A stretch of 32,266 nucleotides of DNA from Asterionella formosa (lineage: Eukaryota), in assembly GCA_002256025.1 (NCBI GenBank), contig NKIB01000497.1, forward strand, positions 1 to 32,266, in the 5' to 3' direction. Below the pieces are notes generated by a model. That model saw nothing but the letters and a program-made list of their open reading frames with translations. It was not told where the DNA came from and did not search any database. The position numbers and the translations under genes were made by a program. Shown piece by piece: positions 22,383 through 32,266 of this stretch. The number at the start of each line of letters is the position of its first letter. The first letter of the stretch is position 1.

Positions 22383-22934
22383 GCTTCTTGAGAAGCTCTC
22401 CAATTTAGTAGTTATAAGTAGTGTGAATTGCAAATCTGGACTTAACTAGGTGGCATAGCTTTGTCACATTCGTCTGCCTAATTCAGAGGAGATCGACCAT
22501 CATCACTTTCCAAGGATCAATATATGGTACAATCTTTTGAATTGCAGTTGATGACATGGCCCATCATTGCTTCGAGACTTGGCTATACTGATATGTATAG
22601 GATCATATCTGGACAGATTTAAAACTTGGAGGCAGGGCTTCAAATACCATCGTGTGGTCGACAAAACTACTGGTACCAGGTGCCTTTGTAGGAGGTATAA
22701 TACCCGGTACTGTATACCTTATACGACCAGATGTATACCGGTACGGTAAAAAGAAAAAGACGCACATGTGACGATGAACACTCTAGCTGTCATACCGGGT
22801 ACATCATAAATCATCGTCACAATCAGAGTTCGCGACGATGCGTGTGATGGGGATTTACTTTTCACCTTCCACGCATCACACATTTTCTTCCGATAACATC
22901 TCACAACTAAGTATAATAAAATTGCTGTTACGCC

Positions 22935-25070
22935 ATGACGAAGGCAGTGCCGCTCCTGAATGTGCTGCTGCTCCTGTTGGTAATACTGCAGGGAATCTTC
23001 CCTTTTGCTCCCCATGGCAGACAACGACCAACATTTTCGTCCAAAGCCGAAGGCATTGTTTTGTTGGCAGCGAAGAAGGAACCAAACATCGGCAAGGACG
23101 GTGAAGTTGGGAAAGGAGAAAATTGGATTGAACGAACCTTCCCTGTCGACTTTGATGGATCCCAAGATGGAGGCTCGCGTCAGCTGAAAAAGGTGGAAGA
23201 CTACAATCTCGGAATTTCTGGAAAGGCATTCCAAACAGGACCTCTGTCGGCTCGCATGTATGATGCCATGGTGAACAACAATAAGCAAGTGGGAATGTCA
23301 CCAGAGATTATAAAGGCGTTCAAATTGTATGCTATGGACTTCACTGCTAGAGAAGCAACCAAGGCTGCTTTGAAGCAGAATGGACTTGAGATGGAGCTAT
23401 CTGAGGAAGAAATGGATGAAGGTATGTGGGGAGAAATGGATAACATCCAAATTTTGGATGCTCGCCACAAACCTGTGGGGCCTTTATATGAAGGTGTTGA
23501 TGATGTTGTTGAGGTATGGGCGCCTGGGCAGCCCTTTAGCTTTGTCGTCAGAAATGTTCCAGCAAAGATTCGCGAGTTGTCGTTGGAAGAATTAATGACA
23601 GCCTTGGATCCAAAGGGGGAAAATACTGACCAAGCGAAACAAGCAGGGATACCCATTCCTTTCGAAGAGATTCGATCACTCAAAGACTTGGCCAACGACA
23701 ATGTAAGGCGCACGGAAGCTGCACCACGAGGGGCTACCGAAGAAGCGAAAGCATACAGCGGCAAAGATCAGCGGGGATACCGCGTTATTTCCAGAAGTGA
23801 CCTCCTTTTAGACAGTGTTGACGCTAATGGTGCCGAAAACGAGAAAAGTAAGTCTTTTGCCGCTTAGCATGCATGTCAACATCCGCACGATAAATTCGGT
23901 TCTATCTCAACTATTTTTGTTTCTTTGCTTTTTTTACCAGCCCTCATGCATGTCATGGATGCCTTGGTCTCTCACGGCGTCTTGATCGTAGATTTGACAG
24001 ACAAGGGTACGACGTTCAAATTGGCAGTCGAAGTTGCAAAAATGTGGGACGCATCCAATGCATTATTTGGATCTATCGACAATGAACCAACCATAGAACA
24101 AACCTTACCAGAAATGGTATCTATTCCATCATCGCCGTATGCCAAAGTTGGTTATGCGAACTACAACAATGGGATGCAATTCCTCGAAACTAGATTGGCT
24201 CGCGACGGAAGCGGTGTATTACCCGTTGAGGCTCGGGATCTGCTTGGTACGGATGGATCAAGTAATTTATCTAAAGCCTTTGGGACCATCGCGGATGTTG
24301 GAAAAGATGTGGTTCGCATCGTGACTGCCGCAAGTACAATTGAATACGAAGGATTTGAGTCCGAAGGGCCATCCTTATCGGGACTACCATTTGTTGGGAA
24401 AGCTGAATTGGGAAGTGACTATGGTATGGGAGAGATCCTGGCCTCTCGGGCCGCCGCCAAACTCGTGGACGAACTCATCGATGATGGAACATTGTCGGCG
24501 GTTTCCACTTCAGGTCAGGGAACTGTCAGTATGAGCCCACACCGCCTTTGCCGATACAAGAACGTCAACGACGATGCCCCCAAGGAAATTTTTGGAGCTC
24601 ATACTGATTCGACGTTTGTGACGATTGTGCCAGTCGCTGCTGTGAGCGGACTGGAAGTGTACGATGAAGCGGCAGAAAAATGGTACAGACCTGAACTGAT
24701 GGCTCGACTTCAATGGCAGCTCGAACAAGTCGCCAAGGACAAGGACAAGGATGCATTCTACGAAACGATTTCATCTGTGGACGATGGTGTTGATGATATT
24801 ACCATTCCCTGGCATGCTAGGTACATCCTTGTTATGCCTGGTGAATTTCTACAGATTGTTTCCAGGAACGAGGTGTCCGCAGCAGTGCATCGAGTGGTCG
24901 CCGGAGGCCCACCAAGACTGAGTGCGCCTATTTTGCTTCGGGGGAGACCAGGGATGGCACTTGACGTGCCAAAATATCTTGGTGAAGTCAACAATGAGTT
25001 ACTTGAGGAAGTAAATGGGATGGAGATGCAACAAATTCACGAAGCCATGCAGCCATCCTCATTTGATTGA
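22935..25070 (+). CDS. 2-oxoglutarate/Fe(II) oxygenase (IPNS-like), 680 aa, probable plastid presequence; exons 22935-23847 and 23941-25070
   Basis: A 93-nt GTAAGT...TTTTTACCAG intron joins the two ORFs in frame. Motifs AHTDS (HxD), VHRV (H) and RLS. The hydrophobic signal peptide is followed by FPFAP. Confidence 0.88.
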
Positions 25071-25153
25071 CATATTTTTAATTTAGCATAAAATTTAGAC
25101 GCAGAAATCCATTCTATAGAAGGTTGCAGACTGTCTGCTTTAGAATTTAGATA

Positions 25154-27028
25154 CTACACGAATGAAGCACCACCAAAAGGCTTTCGTCGGAGGATGCGAT
25201 GATCTCTAGCTTCACCACTGCTCGGTCGAACACTATCGTGACGTCGTTTTGTTCTCTTGTTTTGAGGTGGGGAGACCCAATCCAAAAACGCACTCCTAAT
25301 AGAACTTTCACCTTCTTCAAGCATGGGATCCTTTCTACATCCACCTCGATATTTGCGCCGCTCGAGTTCTCTGTTGAACCTGTCTTCTCGATCTAGTTCG
25401 TCATATTTAAGGTCCGACAATTCACTGAGATCGCGTTTCTTTTCGTCCTGCACAAGCTCACGAGTCCCGTGCAGTAAGCTAGGAACTAATAACTCTCTTC
25501 TCTCATCCAAAGCTCGACGAAATGTCGGCGTCCGGCACATATCAGTCACACCACGAGGTCCTCGCTGTAGGACCAGCGACATCGCCGATTTTCGAAGCTT
25601 CGTCAAGGGATTTCCGGTCAATTTTTCTTGTACTGTACATAGATTTAGTGCTTCCACAATATCATGTGTTGTTTCAATAAGGAGTGAAGCTGCAATTTCG
25701 CACATAAGCGATAAGCGAGGAATACCAGCTTCTTCGGCAATAGAAATCCCAGAAAGTGCAACAGAGAAGGAAAGCTTTGGCTTCCCGCCATCGGGCCATT
25801 TCCGAGAGATAGGAGGCACAGGTGAATTTTCTTCACCCGAAATTGGATTACTGGCTCCTTCAAATGCAAGTCGACCAAGCGAGATTACTCGGTTGGTGTA
25901 GCAATACTCGAGTAGAAGTTTGACAGCATCTGTGGTATGGTGTTGAATGTTGACGAACAAAAGGGTGGAGTTACCAATCGACGTTGTAAAAACAGGGGAG
26001 CCTGAACGACTTGTTCCAGTCATGGAGAGGGAATCTTCTTCTTCCTCGTCATTTTCAATTTGCGCTGCACCAGATTCTTGCTGACTGGGTTGGTTGACTT
26101 GATAATTCAAAACGGGTTCGATGCCATCATCATCCTCAAAGCTCCGCAGTCTCGCGGCTTCACCTTCCTTAGATTGGGCTTGGATATCATGGTCAGGAAT
26201 ACTTACAACTGATCGCCTATCAAAATCATTCCTAGCAGCTCGGATAAGTCCATCCAACCATTTGCATCTTTTTGTCAAAATTGCTGAATGAGCTCTGACA
26301 CTGGTTCTGAGAACTTCCTGATTTAGTCCATCCGCGCCAATAGTTTTCCCCCTACAATCGAATAAAATATCAGCGTAGGAGGAGGATGGGAAGTCGGGCA
26401 TCAGATTTCGCATTTGCTGAAAGTAAATTCTATCAGATTCCGTTTGCATTCTCTTTGCTTCGGCCAATTGCTCTCTTGCGCCCTTTCGAATATGCTGCAC
26501 CTTGATGAGGTCATTCTTCATCAACGCACTCGATTCTGCAGTATCATGTTCATCTAGAACCGCACAATGGATGAATTCGACGTTCGTCAAGCGTAGCACA
26601 TTCGTCGACACGGTAGCAACTTCGGTATTAGCGTGTTCGTTGCAGAACTCTACGTATCTAGAAAAAACATTGAACAACTTTGTTGCCTTCTCCATCCCTA
26701 TCATAACCTTGACGCCAACTTTCAACATGGGATGGTCTTCAAAGTTATCAAATTCTTCAGTGCACTCAAAGGCCAAAATCTTGAAAAAGGGGCATGAGGT
26801 ATATACGTAGAAAGTATGTAGAACTTGGTATATAGACAAACTTACCAAATCGCATTCCGAAGCTTTCGATTTGCCTTTGATATCCGTTGCAACGCCTCCA
26901 TCGAAAGAACCATCCTCATTGACACGAAGATTGCCAACTTGATCTTCTTCTTCCTCCTCCTCCTCCGCTTCCAATAGTTGATTCATTGGTCCCCAATCTG
27001 CATTTGGTTCGATTTCGGGGTGCTCCAT
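25154..27028 (-). CDS. BTB/POZ-domain protein with an N-terminal SUMO/ubiquitin-like segment; probable intron 26845-26780 (about 602 aa spliced)
   Basis: BTB motifs ADILFDC, VRAHSAILTKRCKWL, AVKLLLEYCYTN and AEEAGIPRLSLMCE. In-frame 66-nt GTAAGT...TTTCAAG intron candidate. Confidence 0.85.
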   Translation of the reverse strand: MEHPEIEPNADWGPMNQLLEAEEEEEEEDQVGNLRVNEDGSFDGGVATDIKGKSKASECDLVSLSIYQVLHTFYVYTSCPFFKILAFECTEEFDNFEDHPMLKVGVKVMIGMEKATKLFNVFSRYVEFCNEHANTEVATVSTNVLRLTNVEFIHCAVLDEHDTAESSALMKNDLIKVQHIRKGAREQLAEAKRMQTESDRIYFQQMRNLMPDFPSSSYADILFDCRGKTIGADGLNQEVLRTSVRAHSAILTKRCKWLDGLIRAARNDFDRRSVVSIPDHDIQAQSKEGEAARLRSFEDDDGIEPVLNYQVNQPSQQESGAAQIENDEEEEDSLSMTGTSRSGSPVFTTSIGNSTLLFVNIQHHTTDAVKLLLEYCYTNRVISLGRLAFEGASNPISGEENSPVPPISRKWPDGGKPKLSFSVALSGISIAEEAGIPRLSLMCEIAASLLIETTHDIVEALNLCTVQEKLTGNPLTKLRKSAMSLVLQRGPRGVTDMCRTPTFRRALDERRELLVPSLLHGTRELVQDEKKRDLSELSDLKYDELDREDRFNRELERRKYRGGCRKDPMLEEGESSIRSAFLDWVSPPQNKRTKRRHDSVRPSSGEARDHRILRRKPFGGASFV

Positions 27029-27858
27029 TTGGGATTTCTCGATATATTTCTAGTTTCAAACGAAAAGATCGACGATGCGATGCGAAAGGGCACTCTCTTG
27101 CGAATAGAGAATAAGTGGACAATGTGTCAAGCGCAATAGATTACGACTGGCACAAGAAAAAGTCAACACAACAGAACACTTCGGCCGTTGATTAGCTTTC
27201 TACTTTTTTGTTCGTTGCGGTTTCTTACCCCTCCTTCTGCTGCCGTTCCGGCCTTTCTGTGCTTCGTCGGATGGATGACATGACTTTTATTTGGCTGGTT
27301 CGTTTTCAAAGCGTCGATGACGTCACCAATGGTCATTTGTGCATGACGCACGAGTGATCCAAACCCAACGAAGATACTCCAAAAATCGAAGGAGTACCAG
27401 TAGCTACGTAGTCTACTACCAACCGGTAGGCGGACAGGAATGACTACTTGTAGTTGTACATTTACAGTAGACTACTGGTACCTGGTACTGGTACAAAGTA
27501 TCCTGGTAGAATGATACTGAAAATTCTTGTCTAAATGCATAGATATATACCGGTACTTCTATTTACTGACTCAACATACATAACATTTGTAAATTATATA
27601 TAGATAGTGCCGGTACTGGTACTTAAATAATTAACGAACAGCCAAGAACTCGTTCCCTCCCCGTGGTCGTCTCCTCTTCTGCGAACAAGCGGAGACATAA
27701 AACTATATAAAAACTGCCGGAAAGGCCCGAGGGTCGAATCATCAACAACTTTGTCCATTTGTCTTTGTGCAAAATGTCAAATGCAAATCTCTTGCCAGCA
27801 ACATCGATCATTACCATCCACATAAAGCAGGAACTGTCAATATGCACCAGGAGGCAAG

Positions 27859-28695
27859 ATGACCACAGTCGTTGTACTGATGGGCCTACCTGGATCTGGA
27901 AAGTCTACATTGTCCAACAGGATTCTGAATGCTCTTACTGGAGTCATCCATTTGGAATATGATGCAGTGGCTCAAGAGGGGAATTTGCACGAGGAGAATG
28001 AACGATTATTGGCTTGGCGATTATCACGGCGCATCGTTTTGCAGCGGTTGGTGGAGAAACTGCATAGGCCAGGTATTATACTCCTGGATGATAATTTTCA
28101 CCTATCGTCCATGAGAAAGCAAGTCTACCAAGTCTGTCAGGAGGGAAGCTTGGACCAGACGACTACTATTAGGTTTGGTATTTTGTGGGTGGATACACCT
28201 GTTTCCGTTTGCTTGGAGCGCAACCGGTTGCGATCACTCCAACGAAGAGTTTCAGACGAGATTATTCACAAGATGCAAACTACTTTGGAACCTCCAAAAT
28301 GTAATTGGGAGACTACTTGTTTTATGAAAATCAATGACCACACCAGTACCGACAGTATAGTACACTTTTTGTATTCACTTTCCATCGTCCAACCCCCTCC
28401 GCATCCTCAAGACCCCACCAAATTGGAAGAAGAACAACGAAGCACAAGAGAGAATCGATTCCATCAATTAGATCAACTTCTGCGAACATGGGTAGGCTTT
28501 GTGGCGCAAGTTCGTCGTTGCTCCGTGATCAAGGCGAACGCGTTAAGAAAAGATCAGCTCGCCAAGTTTCGGATTGCAGACAAAGAGTTGGATAAGACCG
28601 TGCTCGTAGCTGTTTTTATGGATTCGGTGACGGAGGATTGGACTGAAGATGAGATCGAATCTTTGTATACCAGACTTCAAGGCACGTTGGCTTAG
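27859..28695 (+). CDS. PSTK: O-phosphoseryl-tRNA(Sec) kinase
   Basis: P-loop GLPGSGKST, LLDDNFHLSSMR, VSVCLERN.LR, KMQTTLEPP..NWE and C-terminal HQLDQLLR, which favour PSTK over KTI12. Confidence 0.85.
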   Translation: MTTVVVLMGLPGSGKSTLSNRILNALTGVIHLEYDAVAQEGNLHEENERLLAWRLSRRIVLQRLVEKLHRPGIILLDDNFHLSSMRKQVYQVCQEGSLDQTTTIRFGILWVDTPVSVCLERNRLRSLQRRVSDEIIHKMQTTLEPPKCNWETTCFMKINDHTSTDSIVHFLYSLSIVQPPPHPQDPTKLEEEQRSTRENRFHQLDQLLRTWVGFVAQVRRCSVIKANALRKDQLAKFRIADKELDKTVLVAVFMDSVTEDWTEDEIESLYTRLQGTLA

Positions 28696-28752
28696 CTAGT
28701 AGCATGTGCAGATCAAGCATGTTGAATTAGGGTCTGGGCGTCGTGAGCCAAG

Positions 28753-29535
28753 TTATATACTACTGTTTTCATTATTGTGCCACGCCACCACCTCGTTATA
28801 TGACAATAAACCTCCAAAACAATCAAGTGCACTTCCAATCGTTAAATCAACCTTGCCCTTTCCCAATTTTTTTACTAGCTCCATGTCCTCAATCGATCTC
28901 ACTCCGCCAGCATACGTCACTGGCACCGGCGACGACTCTCCCAACATGACAACCAAGTCTTCCAAAATTCCACATTGCTTCCCTTCCACTTCAACACCAT
29001 GAACTAGAAATTCGTCACAATAACTACCTAACTTCCTTAGTGTCTCTGCGTTCACAGCAACATTGGTATATGTTTGCCATCGATCTGTCACCACATAGTA
29101 ATCACCGTCGGGCTCCTCTGGCTTGCGCCGACAACTCAAATCCAGAACAAGTCGATCCTTTCCCACCATTGCCACTAGTGCCTCGAGGCGCTCATAGTGA
29201 ATCTGTCCCTGTTGAAAGACATGTGACGTGACAATCACATGCGACGCTCCCGCTTCCAGCCACTCGGTGGCATTTTGGTCAGTGATGCCTCCTCCGACTT
29301 GTAGCCCTCCCGGATAGGCCTCAAGTGCTGCCTTAGCTGCTTCGTTATTCCCAGGACCCAGGAGAATGACATGACCTCCTGTGAGGGCGTCTTCGCGATA
29401 CTGTTGGGCAAACGCGGCAGGTGGACGGTCGGTGGAAAAGTTTTCAGCGGGACTGGCGCCGTCGTTGGAGAGCGTAGAACCCACAATTTGCTTGACCATG
29501 CCAGAATGCAAGTCAATGCAAGGACGGAATTTCAT
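28753..29535 (-). CDS. HIS6: ProFAR isomerase, eukaryotic His6 type (histidine biosynthesis)
   Basis: Motifs FRPCIDLHSGMVKQIVGSTL, GGHVILLG, LQVGGGI, LVLDLSCR, EFLVHGVEVEG, VTYAGG and LTIGSALD. Confidence 0.97.
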   Translation of the reverse strand: MKFRPCIDLHSGMVKQIVGSTLSNDGASPAENFSTDRPPAAFAQQYREDALTGGHVILLGPGNNEAAKAALEAYPGGLQVGGGITDQNATEWLEAGASHVIVTSHVFQQGQIHYERLEALVAMVGKDRLVLDLSCRRKPEEPDGDYYVVTDRWQTYTNVAVNAETLRKLGSYCDEFLVHGVEVEGKQCGILEDLVVMLGESSPVPVTYAGGVRSIEDMELVKKLGKGKVDLTIGSALDCFGGLLSYNEVVAWHNNENSSI

Positions 29536-31826
29536 TGCGAATGTAGAAATATAAGGAGGTGATGAAGGGGTTGAACTAGCTGGAACTGCCAGTTAACATA
29601 AGGGTTTGATGGTCTTGCAAGTGATTTTAAATTGAGCAACAATGCTTTAGGTCTTAAGTCTGAATATCACTACCATGTACGGTACATACAGCCCTGTACG
29701 TAAACTCTGGAAAGTAGCCACACGCTCACCAGCCACAACAATCCACGTGTAACTAAGATTAGTGTGCTGAACAACATACCGGTAGCAAGATACAAATGCA
29801 ACCTTTTGTGCTTCAAATGCTAGTTGATAAAATGGGCAATTGAAAATCATTGTATAAAGAATCCTAATCAATCATGTGCTTTCATAGCTAAATAAATTTT
29901 GTTTTTCATGATGCTGATTGACCAAAGCGAAATGAGAGGTTGATCGCTGTCGTTTCGATTTTCGACCTCTTCATCTCTCATCAAATCTTGGCAGCATTCC
30001 AGACTTAACCTTTCTTGTGAGAAAGCTACCAAGATTCACCAAGAGATGAAGAAGTTGAAAATCGCAAAGCGCGTTGATTTCATAATTTCGGAGATTCATC
30101 ACTTGTATATTCTCATGTAGAAACCTTTGTAGATCTAGTCCTCTCTCTGAGAATAACACGGTAAAGCTAGTTAGCACATATGCACAGCGAACAATGCAAG
30201 ATCACGCACCATAAACATTCGTTTGTCACACATCACACAAATCATCGTCGTTGTCATCCTTGTCAACTACCATCTTGTTTGTATTGTTTGATGTCTCACA
30301 ACATCAGACCGGTTGATTGTTGGGTTTAGGTAGTAGCAGCTTGGAGGTGAGGGAATTGTCGCCGTTGTCCCTCATGTGCCAAAAAAACTGAGGTACCCCA
30401 TCTAACAGTAAGTGATGACCAGCAGACCGGATATTGAAACATAACTTTGTCTACAAGAATCTCACTCATATTTTCCTTTTAATTCCTTTAGTTTGTTGTC
30501 ATTTTACTTGTTCATTACTTCGCCAAGCTCAAGGCAACAAAAAGCCGCACCACCATAGTCGATCAGCTGGTTAATTTAACATTGCTAGTGGTTGTCTCGT
30601 GCTATATTGTGCTTGAGGGGTATCTCAATGGCCGAATTTTCCCAAATAAGCAAGGAGTAACATAAAGTACTAAGTATCAGCCATCATATACCAGTAAAAA
30701 ATATCGTTCTTTCATGTAGTCCCTAGTAGGGTTCTGGGGCGTGTGGTTGAAAAGGAGACAGGGCCCATAATACTGTAAGGACAAATAAAATGGATACTAA
30801 TTGTGTCCATTTATGTGGGCACAAGTGCGATTATCGGATAGAGCTGTAATTCACTATAAGATTTAATTGACAATTTCATACGAGAGTCTGTCAATGGCCA
30901 ACAATCCGGCGTTGGTGTATACACACATACATACCATATGGTTGCATCAATTTGATGCATGAGGAATGCGAAAAACACAACACTCTGTGTGCATATCACA
31001 ATCGACTTCTCTACATACAAGTCAACATTTCCCTCGCAACAGCGTGTAGCACATTGTATGTGCTGAAACATTTCATATGATCAGCTATCTAGCTAGTATG
31101 ATGTTGAAATGGTCCGTACTCCTTCCCGCGGGTTGGGTCTCTCTTCACGTAGACTCTTACGTGATCGTAGTACTACCTAGTACCACTTACTTTCTCTCTT
31201 GTCTCTGCTTCTAGCCTTCCTGCTAGATAGACTTATTGACCTTCCTGTCAATTAACACACTGTTTCCTCGATTGATAATCTGAACTCAAATTAAATTAAA
31301 AGCTAAACTAAATGTTTCCTTCCCATAAATCTTTGCTTCCCGCAAAGTCGTTCTAAGACTCTCTTCGAGTTTCCACTTAACATTGCTTTCCATAGAAATC
31401 TTCAATCTTTGATCTCATTAGACAGCTGATTGACGTGGTAATGCAATATTCGACTCGTTTGATTACAATCGAGTCCACAATCCTTGTGACTCGGGCTAAT
31501 ATTCTTGACAGTTGAGTGCGATCATATAATGTGTATACCAGCAGTTGTGTTCATACCGGAATGAATTTATCATGCTATTTCATTCCGAGGTAGGAGTTGT
31601 TGGTACCATATACCGGTTACTCCGTATATCCTACCAAGATTCCTGTAAGTGCTTAATTCCCGTGAGTACTGGTCCCTCTACAGCTAGTTAAATACTACTT
31701 TAGAATCTCAGTTCCTTGTTAATGTAGCTGCCGCTGGCATCCGTTGCAAGCGTTTCTCCCTCTCAACACACACAGGTTACTGATCCCTTACCAGACTTCC
31801 CTCCATCATGCGATCTCCATCGCCTC

Positions 31827-32266
31827 ATGATGCCAATGACACTGATGCAGCTGCATTCAGTGGCGAATTGGCTGCATGGCAACAACACAATGCTGGTGCA
31901 TTATTTCCCCATCCCCATGGTGAACTTTTGGTGGCACCGCTTTAACCCTAACCCTAACCAGAACCCTAACCAGAACCCTAACCAGAACCCTAACCAGAAC
32001 CCTAACCCTACCTGCCATCACCAGTTCTCCACTAATGCTCAACTTCCGCATTTTGTCCCGCCCTCATCATCCGAGTTCGCTATGAACCCCCGCACGTCTG
32101 CGCCTCCTCTTCGCTATTCAGCCCCGTATTCTATGAGTCCCTACCCACCACCCCATATTTCACCCCGGGCTCTGCCTTCGGCTTCCCCGGCATCCTATCT
32201 ACACCTTTCTGACCATGCCTCTGCCTGGTCTGCCCTTTCCGGCCCTTCCTCCCACTCCCACAGCTC
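31827..32266 (+). CDS. Possible partial Pro/Ser-rich ORF running off the window end
   Basis: No stop from ATG 31827 to the window end. The hexamer array reads as NPNQ repeats in this frame. No recognisable domain. Confidence 0.3.
   Translation, partial: MMPMTLMQLHSVANWLHGNNTMLVHYFPIPMVNFWWHRFNPNPNQNPNQNPNQNPNQNPNPTCHHQFSTNAQLPHFVPPSSSEFAMNPRTSAPPLRYSAPYSMSPYPPPHISPRALPSASPASYLHLSDHASAWSALSGPSSHSHS
31944..32009 (+). repeat. Telomere-like hexamer array (7 AACCCT, 4 AACCAG)
   Basis: (AACCCT)2 followed by (AACCAG AACCCT)4 and a final AACCCT. Confidence 0.9.

Noticed and set aside
22543..22597. Third SECIS-like hairpin (ATGAC-ATGGCC...GGCTAT-AC-TGAT)
   Set aside because: The 3' GA is two bases out of register, the helix is short and there is no apical AA.
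22625..22660. GGGCTTCAAA as a possible tRNA-Sec anticodon loop
   Set aside because: No anticodon stem, T-arm or acceptor stem can be formed.
22719..26810. Antisense and alternate-frame ORFs of 60-192 aa over the oxygenase and BTB genes
   Set aside because: They overlap well-supported genes and have no motifs of their own.
29940..31800. Short ORFs and possible LTR-like sequence
   Set aside because: No paired repeat, TIR, primer-binding site or protein motif could be supported within the window.

Overview
Eukaryotic nuclear DNA, most likely a diatom or related ochrophyte. This is inferred from the short GT-AG introns, a bipartite plastid-type presequence and the eukaryotic HIS6 and PSTK genes. 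Bases 1-21300 are mostly decayed transposable elements around one intact gene (KA1-like/ARM-like protein, 13589-14758). They include a four-level nest (Gypsy LTR > non-autonomous PIF/Harbinger > full-length Harbinger > unclassified 4.25 kb insert), a pogo-type element with an accessory ORF, a Copia RT/RNase H fragment and several TA-flanked MITEs. Bases 21600-29550 are a compact gene block: a thioredoxin-fold selenoprotein, a 2OG-Fe(II) oxygenase, a SUMO-like/BTB protein, PSTK and HIS6. The main finding is the selenoprotein, which the ORF track truncates. It reads 183 codons through two in-frame TGAs (the first in a U-x-x-C motif), is followed by two SECIS-like hairpins, and lies 5.7 kb from the Sec-pathway kinase PSTK. 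A second finding is the pervasive TA-CC(A/T)GG-TA and TA-CCGG-TA motif clusters, which look like accumulated transposon excision footprints. All family assignments are by eye, without database searches.
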